A stretch of DNA of 64,000 bases from Blastocladiella emersonii ATCC 22665 (GCA_025594325.1 JANHCV010000012.1:1178001-1242000); one strand, 5' to 3'; shown: positions 9,468-19,116, numbered from the stretch's first letter. The notes: generated by a model not told the origin, from the letters alone. Numbers and translations: made by a program.

Positions 9468-10628
9468 ATGTCTCTCGAAGCACTCGTGTCCCAGGTGTCC
9501 AAGGTTGTTGCTCAGCATGTTGCCGCCAACGTAGTGCACCAAGTGCTTGATGGTATCAAGCCGCTGCTGGCGTCCTTTGATGAGCGGCTCAAGGGAGTCG
9601 AGACCAGCCTCGCCGCGCTGGCTGCAGTGTCACGTGACTGCAATCACAGTTCCAATCACACCCCCGCCAACGAGTCTGGCAAGCCCATGGACACTGATCC
9701 CCAGGTCAAGTACGCGCAGATGACCAAGGAATCCATCAAGGCGTGTGCCAGCGAGCCTGTGGTGAACAAGTACGGCCAAGTGTCCCAGCTCAGTGCCGAT
9801 GACCAGTCCAAGCTGTGTCACGTGCTGACTGCGTTCTGCAAGTCGGGGCTGGCCATTGAGGACGTCAACAGTGTGACAAAGGCTGTGGAGACGTACCGTG
9901 CAACCAAGGGCACAGACAAGGCACAGGGTCTGCAGGTTGAGACGCTCAAGGCGCTGGCCAAGTACTGCAAGTGGAATGGCAACAACGACCTTGCTGCACA
10001 GTACACGCAGGCCAAGAAGCAGGACGCTGAAGCTCACCTTGACGCGCGCAAGGCTGTGGAGACTGGTGCACTCCCAAGCCGTGAAGACTTGCTGGCTGCT
10101 GTTGTTGCTGCCAAGAACTGGGACACATACCAGGTGTCTGGCACAATGCGTGCTCTGCGTCTGTACCTCCAAGTCGTCTGTGCAAACTGCAGTGACCTTG
10201 CGTTCCTGACCACCAAGCCCAGTGACAAGTACCCAAGCTACAACCCCGAGACCAAGACGCTGGCCAGCCCTGTGTGCGTCAAGACAGATGGCCGTGGCTA
10301 CGGGTTCTCGCATGTCATTGCTGACCCCAAGGTTGCTGCTGCCCTTGAGCGCGTTATTGCCAAGCGTCTTGCTGATGGCCATGACCTGGTCTTCTACAAC
10401 CACAGCCTGGACAACGTCTGTGATGCTCTGGTCAACGCCAAGGTCCGCAAAGACTGGTCCAAGACCATTGCGCTGGCAGCACAGGACGTTGGCTTCAAGG
10501 GGTGCGGTGTCCAGCAGATCCGCCGCATCAGCACCAGTGAGAACAAGGACGCGTACGAGGCCGTGGCCAAGCATGCTGCTGAGATGGGTCACAGCGTACC
10601 TGTCGCCGTGGCCCACTACCTTGTCTGA
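9468..10628 (+). CDS. Tyrosine recombinase family protein, 386 aa
   Basis: C-terminal VKT ... QQIRRI ... AEMGHS ... HY fits the K, HxxR, H/W and Y catalytic positions. The first catalytic Arg is not evident (ANCSDL). Confidence 0.75.
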   Translation: MSLEALVSQVSKVVAQHVAANVVHQVLDGIKPLLASFDERLKGVETSLAALAAVSRDCNHSSNHTPANESGKPMDTDPQVKYAQMTKESIKACASEPVVNKYGQVSQLSADDQSKLCHVLTAFCKSGLAIEDVNSVTKAVETYRATKGTDKAQGLQVETLKALAKYCKWNGNNDLAAQYTQAKKQDAEAHLDARKAVETGALPSREDLLAAVVAAKNWDTYQVSGTMRALRLYLQVVCANCSDLAFLTTKPSDKYPSYNPETKTLASPVCVKTDGRGYGFSHVIADPKVAAALERVIAKRLADGHDLVFYNHSLDNVCDALVNAKVRKDWSKTIALAAQDVGFKGCGVQQIRRISTSENKDAYEAVAKHAAEMGHSVPVAVAHYLV

Positions 10629-10651
10629 CCTTGTTTTGTTGCCGTAATGTA

Positions 10652-11734
10652 ATGTATCCACACAAAGCACCACTCACAGACGCACAGCAAACGTTCCTCA
10701 GTGACCTGTACTACAAGCGCAGCCACGTAGGTGTTGGTATCTGTCGGCTCTTTGACATTGTGTCCAGAGAGAACACTGGTGACTGCGTGTACCGCGCACA
10801 GCTGGAGAGGTGGCTCAATGAGCAGTCGGTGTGGCAGTAGTACAAGCGTGCACCACAGAAGCGGCGCGACATCCGAAGCATCAACTCAACAAGCCCCAGT
10901 TGCAACTGGCAGCTGGACCTCATAGACATGGGCAAGAAAGGTACCTTCAACGGGTTCAGGTACATTCTTACCTGTGTAGACTTGGCAACTCGACGCGTGT
11001 TCCTGCGTCCAGTCAAGACCAAGGACCTGACACGGCAGGCATGGGACGACGTTGTCTCCAAGCATAACCTGACACCAGCAACCATCCAGACAGACAATGG
11101 CACAGAGTTCAATGGCATTGAAGCGGGGACAGGCGCAAAGCACATCAAAGGCAAGGCAGGTGTGCCATACAGTCAAGGTGTTGTTGAGCGTATGAACGGG
11201 ACCATTCGCAGGATGCTGACACCGTGGCTGTCCATTGAAGGCAACAACAACTGGCCAAAGTACCTTGAGACCATAGAGTCCGTGATCAACAGCAGCAAGT
11301 CCAGAGCTACAGGCAAGGCGCCCAATGACTTCCATGACATGCTGCGAGACGCTGCCAAGGACACACTCAAGGCCATCTGTGCTGCCAAGGGCAAGCCAGA
11401 GGGTGACCCACTCAGTGCGCTGCTCAAAGTTGGAACACAGGTACGTGTCCGTGAGCCGTACAAGACAGCCATGGAAGCAAAGGGAAAGCCAGTATGGACG
11501 TCCACAGTGCACCAAGTCACAGCTGTCCGCAAGGGCTCTGGTGTGAGCAACCCGTTGTACAAGGTTGGTGACTTGAAGGGCTTCTATCCACGCAGCGACG
11601 TCCAGCCAGTCACAGCGACCCAGGACCCGCCAAAAAGGCAGCGCGTAGGTCCAAGTCTTCCAAGGCTCCCTGCTGCGCGCACCCCAGTCACGCCAAGGGA
11701 GCCCTTGACCCGGGTCAGGCGCGTCCCAGTCTGA
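10652..11734 (+). pseudogene. Retroviral-type (rve) DDE integrase with an in-frame TAG at 10838-10840
   Basis: The frame is continuous across the stop: LSDLYY...WLNEQSVWQ*YKR...WQLDLIDM...IQTDNGTEF...QGVVERMNGTIR, then an SH3-like KVGTQVRV...W...YKV tail typical of Polinton/virophage integrases. Confidence 0.9.
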
Positions 11735-11760
11735 GTCCAAGAAAAGTGGGACCGCGGGCT

Positions 11761-13701
11761 TTAGAGCAGGGTCCAGTGGCTTTGAATGATGACCTGGCAG
11801 TCGTTGGCAACTGCGACTGACGGGATCCAGATGAAAGAGTAGCTCTTGGCCGCATCAAGGTACTCAATGCTCGAGAACTGAAGGAACTGGATGTTGCCTT
11901 CAGCGCGGCACCCGGTGACAAGCAACACTGCAATCATGCCCATCATATTGTACAACGCAAAGTTCACAGTGTGGGCTCCAGGGAGCGTGCCGTTTGCGTA
12001 ATAGCCCTTTGCATGGACGAGGTAGTAGCCACTGACAGGGGGTTTGACGCATCCATTGATCACAGACGTGAACGCGCCCGCCGTGGACTGGAATGCAAAG
12101 GTGGCCGGGCCCGTTGATGCTGTGCCGCCAATGATCTTGCCGCCTGTGGTCACTCCGTTTGTAGAGCGGTGCTTGGCCTGAGCGACATACCGGGTCGTGC
12201 CAGACCGCGAGTCAACGTACGCCTTGTTTGCCGCGTCGGTGCCTGCCACTGGAGCGAGGTCAAGGGTGAGCTGCCCTGTGAAGCGACCAGTGCCATTGAC
12301 GCGGAACCTTTCTGTGCCAAGCGTTGCCGAGCCCACGACCACATTGCTGCCACCTGCCACAAGGGAGACCCCGCCCGTGGTCGCAGACGCAATCTCAATG
12401 TTACCCGCTGCTGTGCATGCCAGGTTGCTTCGCAGTACGCCTGCCTGCTTAAAGTCGACGTACGTCAATGTATTGGCAGCCGAGTCAAAGACAAGGTTCG
12501 CGCTTGTGGCATTCCGGACCAGGACGTTGGGCACAGTGAGCTGCTTGCCCACACCAAGGCCACCTGCCACAGTGACTGCCCCAGTGGACGTCAATGTGCT
12601 GTCCACAGTACTGGCAAATGTAAAGACACTGCCAAGTCCAAGGGTGGACTGGGGGAGCGTCCCAGTGACAATGGCTCCGTTGACACTTGACACCTTGCTG
12701 GACATGTCAGGCAGTTGTGCAAGGTCAATGGTCCCAGACAACTTGGCAGCGTCTATCCCAGTGGCCAGCTTGGCATTGGTCAGTGAACCGTCTGCAATGC
12801 GTGCAGGGTCAAGCGTCCCTGTCAGCTTGGTGGCAGACACATCTGTGACCTTGGCGTTGGTGACTGACCCTGCTGCAAGGTGTGCTGTTCCCACGGATGA
12901 CACGTTGAGCTTTGCACCGTCTATACCAATGGCCAGCTTGGCGTTGGTGACAGCAGCGTCTGCAAGGGCAGCTGTGCTGACAGTCCCTGGAACCAGCTTG
13001 GACCTGGACACTGAGGCAACCTTGACATCTGTTATTGCAGTGTCTGCAAGTGCTGCTGTGCTGACAGTCCCTGGAACCAGCTTGGACCCGGACACTGAGG
13101 CAACCTTGGCGTCTGTCACTGAGGCGTCTGCAAGAGCAGGTGTTGAGACACTTCCTGCAACCAGCTTGGACCCAGACACTGAGACAACCTTGGCGTCTGT
13201 CACGGAGGTGTCTGCAAGAGCTGCTGTGTTGACAGTCCCCAGAACCAGCTTGGACCCGGACACTGAGGCAACCTTGGCGTCTGTCACAGAGCCATCTGCA
13301 ATGGACGTTGTCCCAAGCACAGGAAGGCTGGATGCACTGAGCACACCAGTGACCTTGGATGCTGACACAGTGTCCAGCTGTGCATCAACAAGCTTACCTG
13401 TGACCTGTGCAGCTGTGACACTCACAACCTTGTCTGCAGTGATGCTGGCTGGCAGGAGCTGGGCCATACTGATTGACTTGACATAGAGACTGCTTGGACC
13501 AACACCCAGTGTCTGGTCATCGACCTTGGCAGAGACAGTTGTCCCTGACACACTGAGTCCAGGCCCAGCGACAGGTGCACCAACTGTGGCATAGACAGCA
13601 CTGATGGCAGCATCAACATATGCCTTGGACACGCCTGAGACACCTGTGGCCGACACTGTTGGTGACACGTTGGTAGACACGTTGAATATATTCTTGACCA
13701 T
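11761..13701 (-). CDS. Fibre/spike-like virion protein with 28-aa repeats, about 646 aa
   Basis: Two KAYVD motifs and repeats of VSGSKLVxGTVSTAALADxSVTDAKVAS (84-bp period at about 12990-13300), with a beta-rich C-terminal domain. ATG 13701 has the shared upstream motif. Confidence 0.7.
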   Translation of the reverse strand: MVKNIFNVSTNVSPTVSATGVSGVSKAYVDAAISAVYATVGAPVAGPGLSVSGTTVSAKVDDQTLGVGPSSLYVKSISMAQLLPASITADKVVSVTAAQVTGKLVDAQLDTVSASKVTGVLSASSLPVLGTTSIADGSVTDAKVASVSGSKLVLGTVNTAALADTSVTDAKVVSVSGSKLVAGSVSTPALADASVTDAKVASVSGSKLVPGTVSTAALADTAITDVKVASVSRSKLVPGTVSTAALADAAVTNAKLAIGIDGAKLNVSSVGTAHLAAGSVTNAKVTDVSATKLTGTLDPARIADGSLTNAKLATGIDAAKLSGTIDLAQLPDMSSKVSSVNGAIVTGTLPQSTLGLGSVFTFASTVDSTLTSTGAVTVAGGLGVGKQLTVPNVLVRNATSANLVFDSAANTLTYVDFKQAGVLRSNLACTAAGNIEIASATTGGVSLVAGGSNVVVGSATLGTERFRVNGTGRFTGQLTLDLAPVAGTDAANKAYVDSRSGTTRYVAQAKHRSTNGVTTGGKIIGGTASTGPATFAFQSTAGAFTSVINGCVKPPVSGYYLVHAKGYYANGTLPGAHTVNFALYNMMGMIAVLLVTGCRAEGNIQFLQFSSIEYLDAAKSYSFIWIPSVAVANDCQVIIQSHWTLL

Positions 13702-13744
13702 GTTTAACTTAGTGCAAGAAACGAATTGCTCAGAGTACCAGGAC

Positions 13745-14017
13745 ATGTCCCTTGATGAGTGGCATGAACACCTTGCAGGGACCTTCCCTGTGCCATCCAA
13801 CTGGTACAACAAGAGCAACAAGGACAAGGCCAAGTGGCTACAGAAGAGAGACCGCAAGGCCAGTCGCTTTGTCCACGTTGACAGTGAGGCAGCATGGGCA
13901 GAGCGCGTCAAGATCCGCATCTACAAGGCACTCAACGCCAAGCGCAATGCACAACGTACAAAGTGTACCCTTGACGGTACAAAGTGTACCACAGACAGGT
14001 GCAAAGTGTACCCTTGA
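13745..14017 (+). CDS. Small basic hypothetical protein, about 90 aa
   Basis: MSLDEWHEHLAGTF..., divergent from the fibre gene. Its tail runs into a repeat array. Confidence 0.5.
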   Translation: MSLDEWHEHLAGTFPVPSNWYNKSNKDKAKWLQKRDRKASRFVHVDSEAAWAERVKIRIYKALNAKRNAQRTKCTLDGTKCTTDRCKVYP

Positions 14018-14054
14018 CGGTACAAAGTGTACCACGGACAGGTGCAAAGTGTAC
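13956..14054. repeat. Five phased copies of the dyad GT(A/G)CA-AAG-TGTAC
   Basis: Starts at 13956, 13977, 13999, 14020 and 14042, spaced 21, 22, 21 and 22 bp. Confidence 0.9.
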
Positions 14055-14093
14055 CTTGCCCGGGGTTTATTTTCGCTTCATACAGTAACCACC

Positions 14094-14702
14094 ATGACAC
14101 AAAGACCCATCACCAAGCAACTGGAAGACGTTGCAGCCAAGACAAACAGTCGTATCACTGCAGAGCGCATGCCTGGCCAGAGGATCAAGGCCACCATTGA
14201 TGGACGCGTGTACACTTTCCCCACAGCCAAGGAGTTCCTCACTGTGTGGGTCCTGTACATCCTTGCCTTTGACTACGCTGTCACACCAGAGAGCTATGCA
14301 GACGACTTTGAGGGCAAGCAATCAGGGATGCTGTTCCTGAGACACAATGGAGAGATCATGGGGCAAGACTCAGAGAGCGTCATGCAGCACATCTATGACA
14401 CCATCAAACAAGCAAGCACAAGCGTTAGCAGTGGCATCCAACGTGTTCCTGTTGCACAGGAAGGCACACCAGACTCTGACACAGGCGCAGACACACCAGA
14501 CGTCCCAAGCACACAAGACTCTGGCATAGGCTCACAGAGGCCACAGGACACCTTGGACAAACTTGCTGAGATGCTGGGAGAGCAGGGCAGCGTGTGCCTG
14601 ACCATCTCTTGCCCGTACCTGTCCGCCCAGTTGTCCCTGAAGAGTACCCTGTGGACGCTGGTGACTACGTTGGCCAGGACATCCCAGAGTACGCTGGCAT
14701 GA
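14094..14702 (+). CDS. Hypothetical PLV protein; possibly the 5' part of a frameshifted gene running to 15811
   Basis: ATG 14094 has the shared upstream motif. Its TGA overlaps the next ATG (ATGA, 14699-14702). Confidence 0.6.
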   Translation: MTQRPITKQLEDVAAKTNSRITAERMPGQRIKATIDGRVYTFPTAKEFLTVWVLYILAFDYAVTPESYADDFEGKQSGMLFLRHNGEIMGQDSESVMQHIYDTIKQASTSVSSGIQRVPVAQEGTPDSDTGADTPDVPSTQDSGIGSQRPQDTLDKLAEMLGEQGSVCLTISCPYLSAQLSLKSTLWTLVTTLARTSQSTLA

Positions 14703-15811
14703 TCCCTGGACGTTACTTGATCCAGAATGACAACAATGGCGGCAATGACCTTCCACCCCGGCTCGACGACGGCACACGCGACCTGGTTGTTGTCCCTCCC
14801 AGCTATGGACAGGACCTTCCACAGCGCGGCTCTGTGTACAATGACACACACGTACATCCCACCATGGACAAGTCTCGGATGATTGAAGGCTCCAAAGACA
14901 TCCAGGTCTGCAACCCAGAGCGGGCACTGACCACGACAGATGACATGGAGGTTGACATTGTCCAGAACTTTCAGCAGTTCAATCAATACGTGTACAGCAG
15001 CTTCCAGCAGGACAACACGCAGAACTACGACATGCGGCAGTTCATCACCCAGTACAAGAACAACTACTACGAGCAGAACGTGGACATGCAGCAGCAGATC
15101 CTGGTGCAGTACAACAGCGACCCCAACGTGATGGCTGCGCTGGACATCATTGCTGGCCAGTTCGCAAACAGTCAGGTCATGCAGTACCAGGCGTACATGG
15201 CCCTGATTAAGCAGTCCAAGAACGCCCAAGGACTGGCACTTGAGACCTTTGCCAACCTTGCAGCTAACATTGTGGACACACTGCGTGCAGAGCGCAACGC
15301 CTTTGTGTGACAGATTGATGCAGGGAACCGTGCACTGGTGTCTGAGATTGCAAGCGGCATGTCAACTGCCCTGACCAACCAGCAGGGACTCATTGGACAG
15401 CTTGCAACAGGTGTCCAGAGCGCCATCCAGGGACAGACAGAGTCCAATGCTGCTGTGAACAAGACACTCCAGGACCTGGGCAGCAAGCTGGACACAATGC
15501 AGCCGCCAGCACAGCCACAGGTCCTGGACACCAGCAACCTGGAGCAGCTCATCCGACAGCTTGCAGACGCGCCCAAGAACAATTCCGAGGGTAGTAGTAA
15601 GAAGACAGAGATGTTACTCGAACAGATCCTCAAGCGACTGGGCTACAAGAAGCCCCTGGACGCGAAGCTGTTCACAGAGAAGACGTCGGCCGGCAGTGGC
15701 CTGACAGCACCCCAGATCAAGCGTCACCAGAAGCTCCCTGAGCGACCAGTCAAGCAAGTGCGCAAAGTCCCCAAGCGCAGTGGCATTGTCACTGACCTTG
15801 GATGGGCGTGA
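14594..15811 (+). pseudogene. Q/N-rich hypothetical PLV protein with an in-frame TGA at 15308-15310
   Basis: ORFs 14594-15310 and 15338-15811 share a frame and read on (ERNAFV*QIDAGNRALVSE). A CGA>TGA change would explain the stop. Confidence 0.65.
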
Positions 15812-15836
15812 ACCTTTTGTCTTGGGTTACAGTAAG

Positions 15837-16637
15837 ATGTACGACATTGTGGCCATTGACAACGGCTTCACCAGGAACAACAACAACCAGCCTTTGCCCA
15901 TCCCCAAGCACCCCTTCACCATGAACGTCATTGGCGCCAAGGGTCAGGGCAAGTCAACACTGATCGCCAACCTTGTGTGCTTCCCGCAGTTCTACAAGGG
16001 ACGCTTTGACAACATCTGGGTCTTCAACCCCACCTTCCACGCTGACGACAAGTACGAGTACATTGCCTCACAGGCGATCCTGCAACCACCCAAGAAGCAG
16101 CACAATGTACTTGATCCACAGGAGCACAACCCAAACCGGCTCAAGGTGAAGCCATCGTGCATTGTCACGGACCCAGAGCTGTTCATCCCCACGCTGCTCA
16201 AGATGCGCAAAGACCTGACCAAGACCTTTGAAGACCAGGGCAAGAAGGCACTGCAGGACCAGCTGCTGATCATTGACGACGTGCTGGGCCTCAAGCTGCT
16301 GTCCCACAAGACGCTGACCAACTTCCTGTGCAACTCGCGACACCTCAAGAACAGCTGCATCATTGGCGTGCAGCGCTGGTGTGCTCTGCCCAAGACACTG
16401 CGCATCAACTGCAGCTACAGCGTTGTGCACCCCATCTACAACAAGACAGAGGTCAAGACACTGCACAAGGAGATTGGGTCGCAGTTTTCGCTCAAGGAGT
16501 TTGAGGTGATCATTGAACAGCTCTTTGACACCCGCTCAGAGGGCAACACCAAGCGACGCTTCCTTGGTGTCAACAACCAGAACAGTCCCAAGTACAGGCT
16601 GGTAGACAGCTTCAGCGAGTGGATCATCAAGGACTAA
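15837..16637 (+). CDS. A32/FtsK-HerA-type DNA packaging ATPase, 266 aa
   Basis: Walker A GAKGQGKST, Walker B LLIIDD, then NSRH and IIGVQ motifs. Directly upstream of the capsid gene. Confidence 0.92.
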   Translation: MYDIVAIDNGFTRNNNNQPLPIPKHPFTMNVIGAKGQGKSTLIANLVCFPQFYKGRFDNIWVFNPTFHADDKYEYIASQAILQPPKKQHNVLDPQEHNPNRLKVKPSCIVTDPELFIPTLLKMRKDLTKTFEDQGKKALQDQLLIIDDVLGLKLLSHKTLTNFLCNSRHLKNSCIIGVQRWCALPKTLRINCSYSVVHPIYNKTEVKTLHKEIGSQFSLKEFEVIIEQLFDTRSEGNTKRRFLGVNNQNSPKYRLVDSFSEWIIKD

Positions 16638-16680
16638 GCAACGCAGCGATTTTTTTTCTTGTGCTTCAGTAACACACGCC

Positions 16681-17901
16681 ATGTCTTCCACCAATGCCCA
16701 GTTCTCCCAGGTCCTGTCAAAGACTCTGCCACCAGAGATGACGTTTAACCTGCCCAAGGAGTCTGTGTACGCCGAGCGTCAGACTGTCCAGTTCACTGCA
16801 CAGGGCGGCCCCGAGTTTGCACCTGGCAACACTATCAGTGTCCTCCTGCCCCCGCACAACAACATGATGGACACCCACTGCACGTTCCTGCAGTTCAGTG
16901 CCAAGACTGCAGACGCCAACGTCACCTTCTGTGATGGCATCTTCAGCATCATTGACTGTGTGCGAGTCTACAGCGCGGGTGGAGCCCTGCTGGAAGAGCT
17001 TCCCTACTACAACCTGCATCAGCGCATTGAGGCTGACGTGACTGTCCCGCAGCACCTCAAGGACTCATGCCTCGGCGTGGCCCAGGGTTACTTTGCCACT
17101 GGGGCTGACCGCTTTGCTGTGTCATCTGGACTTCACCGGTACATGCTGCCCATCAAGTCTGCACTGCTGTCCAACCAGAAGCATCTGCCCATGAAGTACC
17201 TTGGTGGTATCCGCGTCGAGTTCACCCTGGCTCCTGGTGCAGATGCCTGTGTGGTCAAGAACAATGCCATCCCAAGCTACAGTGTCAAGGACGTGTGCAT
17301 TGTGTCTGACCTGATCAAGCTCAATGACCAGCAGATCGCCGTCATGGACGCTGCCTTCAAGAAGCAGGGTCTCAAGCTCTACGGCACAACGTACAACCAC
17401 CACTTCCTCAACTACTTGGTGCCCAACTCTACGCTCAACGTCTCTGACCGCAGTGCGTCACAAAAGGACGTGCTGGTGTCGTTCTGCAACAACGCAGTCC
17501 TCAATGACAATGCCAAGGACTTGTTCCTCCGTGCCAAGACCATTGCAACGTACCAGTTCAGCATTAGTGGCCGTCTCTTCCCCCAGAAGCCTGTCCGCTG
17601 TGACGACTACGCTTCAGAGGTCTTTGTAGAGCTGTCCAACGCCTTCCATGGCCATGTCATTGGTGCAGGCATGTCAGTGGACAAGTACAATGCGCCAGCT
17701 GAGGGGACCTTCTGCATTGGCCGCAACCTTGAGTCATCCCATACCATTGTCAGCGGCGACAAGTCTTGCAAGAGCCAGGCCGTGGACATGCAGATCATCC
17801 TCACCTCAAACACTGTCCCAAACCAGCGTGTTGACGCCTTTGTTGGTGTTGACATTGTGTACAAGTTCCTCCCAACTGGCAAGGTCAACCTCTACAAGTA
17901 A
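16681..17901 (+). CDS. Major capsid protein (double jelly-roll, PLV type), 406 aa
   Basis: Beta-rich pattern EFAPGNTISVLLP...D...FLQF...GIFSIIDCVRV...GGALLEELPYYNL and YQFSISGRLFPQKPV. Size and position between the ATPase and minor capsid fit. Confidence 0.85.
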   Translation: MSSTNAQFSQVLSKTLPPEMTFNLPKESVYAERQTVQFTAQGGPEFAPGNTISVLLPPHNNMMDTHCTFLQFSAKTADANVTFCDGIFSIIDCVRVYSAGGALLEELPYYNLHQRIEADVTVPQHLKDSCLGVAQGYFATGADRFAVSSGLHRYMLPIKSALLSNQKHLPMKYLGGIRVEFTLAPGADACVVKNNAIPSYSVKDVCIVSDLIKLNDQQIAVMDAAFKKQGLKLYGTTYNHHFLNYLVPNSTLNVSDRSASQKDVLVSFCNNAVLNDNAKDLFLRAKTIATYQFSISGRLFPQKPVRCDDYASEVFVELSNAFHGHVIGAGMSVDKYNAPAEGTFCIGRNLESSHTIVSGDKSCKSQAVDMQIILTSNTVPNQRVDAFVGVDIVYKFLPTGKVNLYK

Positions 17902-17940
17902 GCCCCGCGTGCATTCTTTTCTTGCGTACAGTTAAACGCA

Positions 17941-18207
17941 ATGATCTTCAGGAACCTGTGGACCAACTTCAGCAACGTGCTTGGCCAGGTAGGCGGCTTC
18001 GTGAACAAGCATCTCCCCACCGTGCTCAAGGGAGTCAAGACCGTGTCCAAGTTCTTTGAGCGCTCGCACAACCCTGCCGTGTCGTCTGTGGCACAGCTTG
18101 TGTCCAAGGGCGCTGACCTGGCCCAGGACATCCACACATGGTACAACCAGCCAACAAGCGAGATCTTTGAGACAGACAACAACGACACAGGCAGGGCAGT
18201 GCAATAA
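17941..18207 (+). CDS. Small protein with an N-terminal amphipathic helix (adenovirus protein VI-like candidate), 88 aa
   Basis: MIFRNLWTNFSNVLGQVGGFVNKHLPTVLKGVKTVSKFF, lying between the capsid genes. Confidence 0.65.
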   Translation: MIFRNLWTNFSNVLGQVGGFVNKHLPTVLKGVKTVSKFFERSHNPAVSSVAQLVSKGADLAQDIHTWYNQPTSEIFETDNNDTGRAVQ

Positions 18208-18228
18208 TATCTTCTAAGCCTTACTTAA

Positions 18229-18975
18229 ATGACTGGCTCCTACAAGACACTGACCATCTGCAGCCGCGACCTCAAGAACAGTGTGCTGTACCTCCTGCGG
18301 GCCGTGTCTGTGAGCGGCATCAAGGTCAACTCGGCGTACCTATGCAACAGCTGGCACACGGTCAACTCCAAGGCCAACAAGGTGTACCTGACACAGAGCC
18401 GTGGCAGTGTGACCTTCCCAGGGACCATCACTGTCCCTGATGGCAACTACACAGTTGAGACGTTCACGTCAACGCTCAAGAGCCTGCTCAACAACGCGCC
18501 GTCAAGTCTTCTGTGGCAGGGCACATGGGACGTGCAGGTTGACTCCACCACACAGAAGATGCGCATTGCCAATGACACCTGCGACTTCACTGTTGGGACA
18601 GGGGCCGCTGCGCTGAACACGCACATGGGCTTTGTTGGCAGCTACGGCTACAGCAAGGTCCAGTACGGGACGTCTCTGGTGAACATCTCTCCCATCAACC
18701 TGCTGCATGTGTACTCGCGCAACCTGGGCAGCCGCCTTGCGGACAACATGTTCTCGGCGTACCTGCAGGACAATGGTGTGCTGTGCAGCATCCATGTCAC
18801 ACAGCCGTTTGGGAGCTGGTTCGAGCACCGTCCACACATGAGCAACTACTTTCGCTTTGACGCACGAGGCACACCGCAGCTGATAGACTCCATTGACGTT
18901 GACGTGGTGGACAAGAACCTGCGCTCTGTTGACTTCCTGGGGCAACCCTTCTACATTGAGCTCGCGTTCATCTGA
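18229..18975 (+). CDS. Minor capsid (penton-like, single jelly-roll) protein, 248 aa
   Basis: LTICSRD...SAYLCNSWHTVNS...ITVPDGNYT...LKSLLN and a C-terminal IDSIDVDVVDKNLRSVDFLG...IELAF match the PLV minor capsid pattern. Confidence 0.8.
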   Translation: MTGSYKTLTICSRDLKNSVLYLLRAVSVSGIKVNSAYLCNSWHTVNSKANKVYLTQSRGSVTFPGTITVPDGNYTVETFTSTLKSLLNNAPSSLLWQGTWDVQVDSTTQKMRIANDTCDFTVGTGAAALNTHMGFVGSYGYSKVQYGTSLVNISPINLLHVYSRNLGSRLADNMFSAYLQDNGVLCSIHVTQPFGSWFEHRPHMSNYFRFDARGTPQLIDSIDVDVVDKNLRSVDFLGQPFYIELAFI

Positions 18976-19005
18976 GCTGCGACTTTTTTGCTGTGTACAT
19001 GTAAG

Positions 19006-19116
19006 ATGATCCTTGAGACACTTGTCCTTGCAGCCAACGTGGTCATCCTCGTGGCCAACCTTGCCATCATCAGGTACACCTCCAGCGCGCTCAAAGATAT
19101 TTGCGTTGTAGACTAA
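19006..19116 (+). CDS. 36-aa hydrophobic peptide with a single TM helix
   Basis: MILETLVLAANVVILVANLAIIRYTSSALKDICVVD, preceded by the tttt-N11-gtaagATG motif. Too short for the ORF track. Confidence 0.55.
   Translation: MILETLVLAANVVILVANLAIIRYTSSALKDICVVD

Noticed and set aside
13956-14054. Mini-CRISPR array in the virus
   Set aside because: Spacers are only 8-9 bp and alternate between two sequences.
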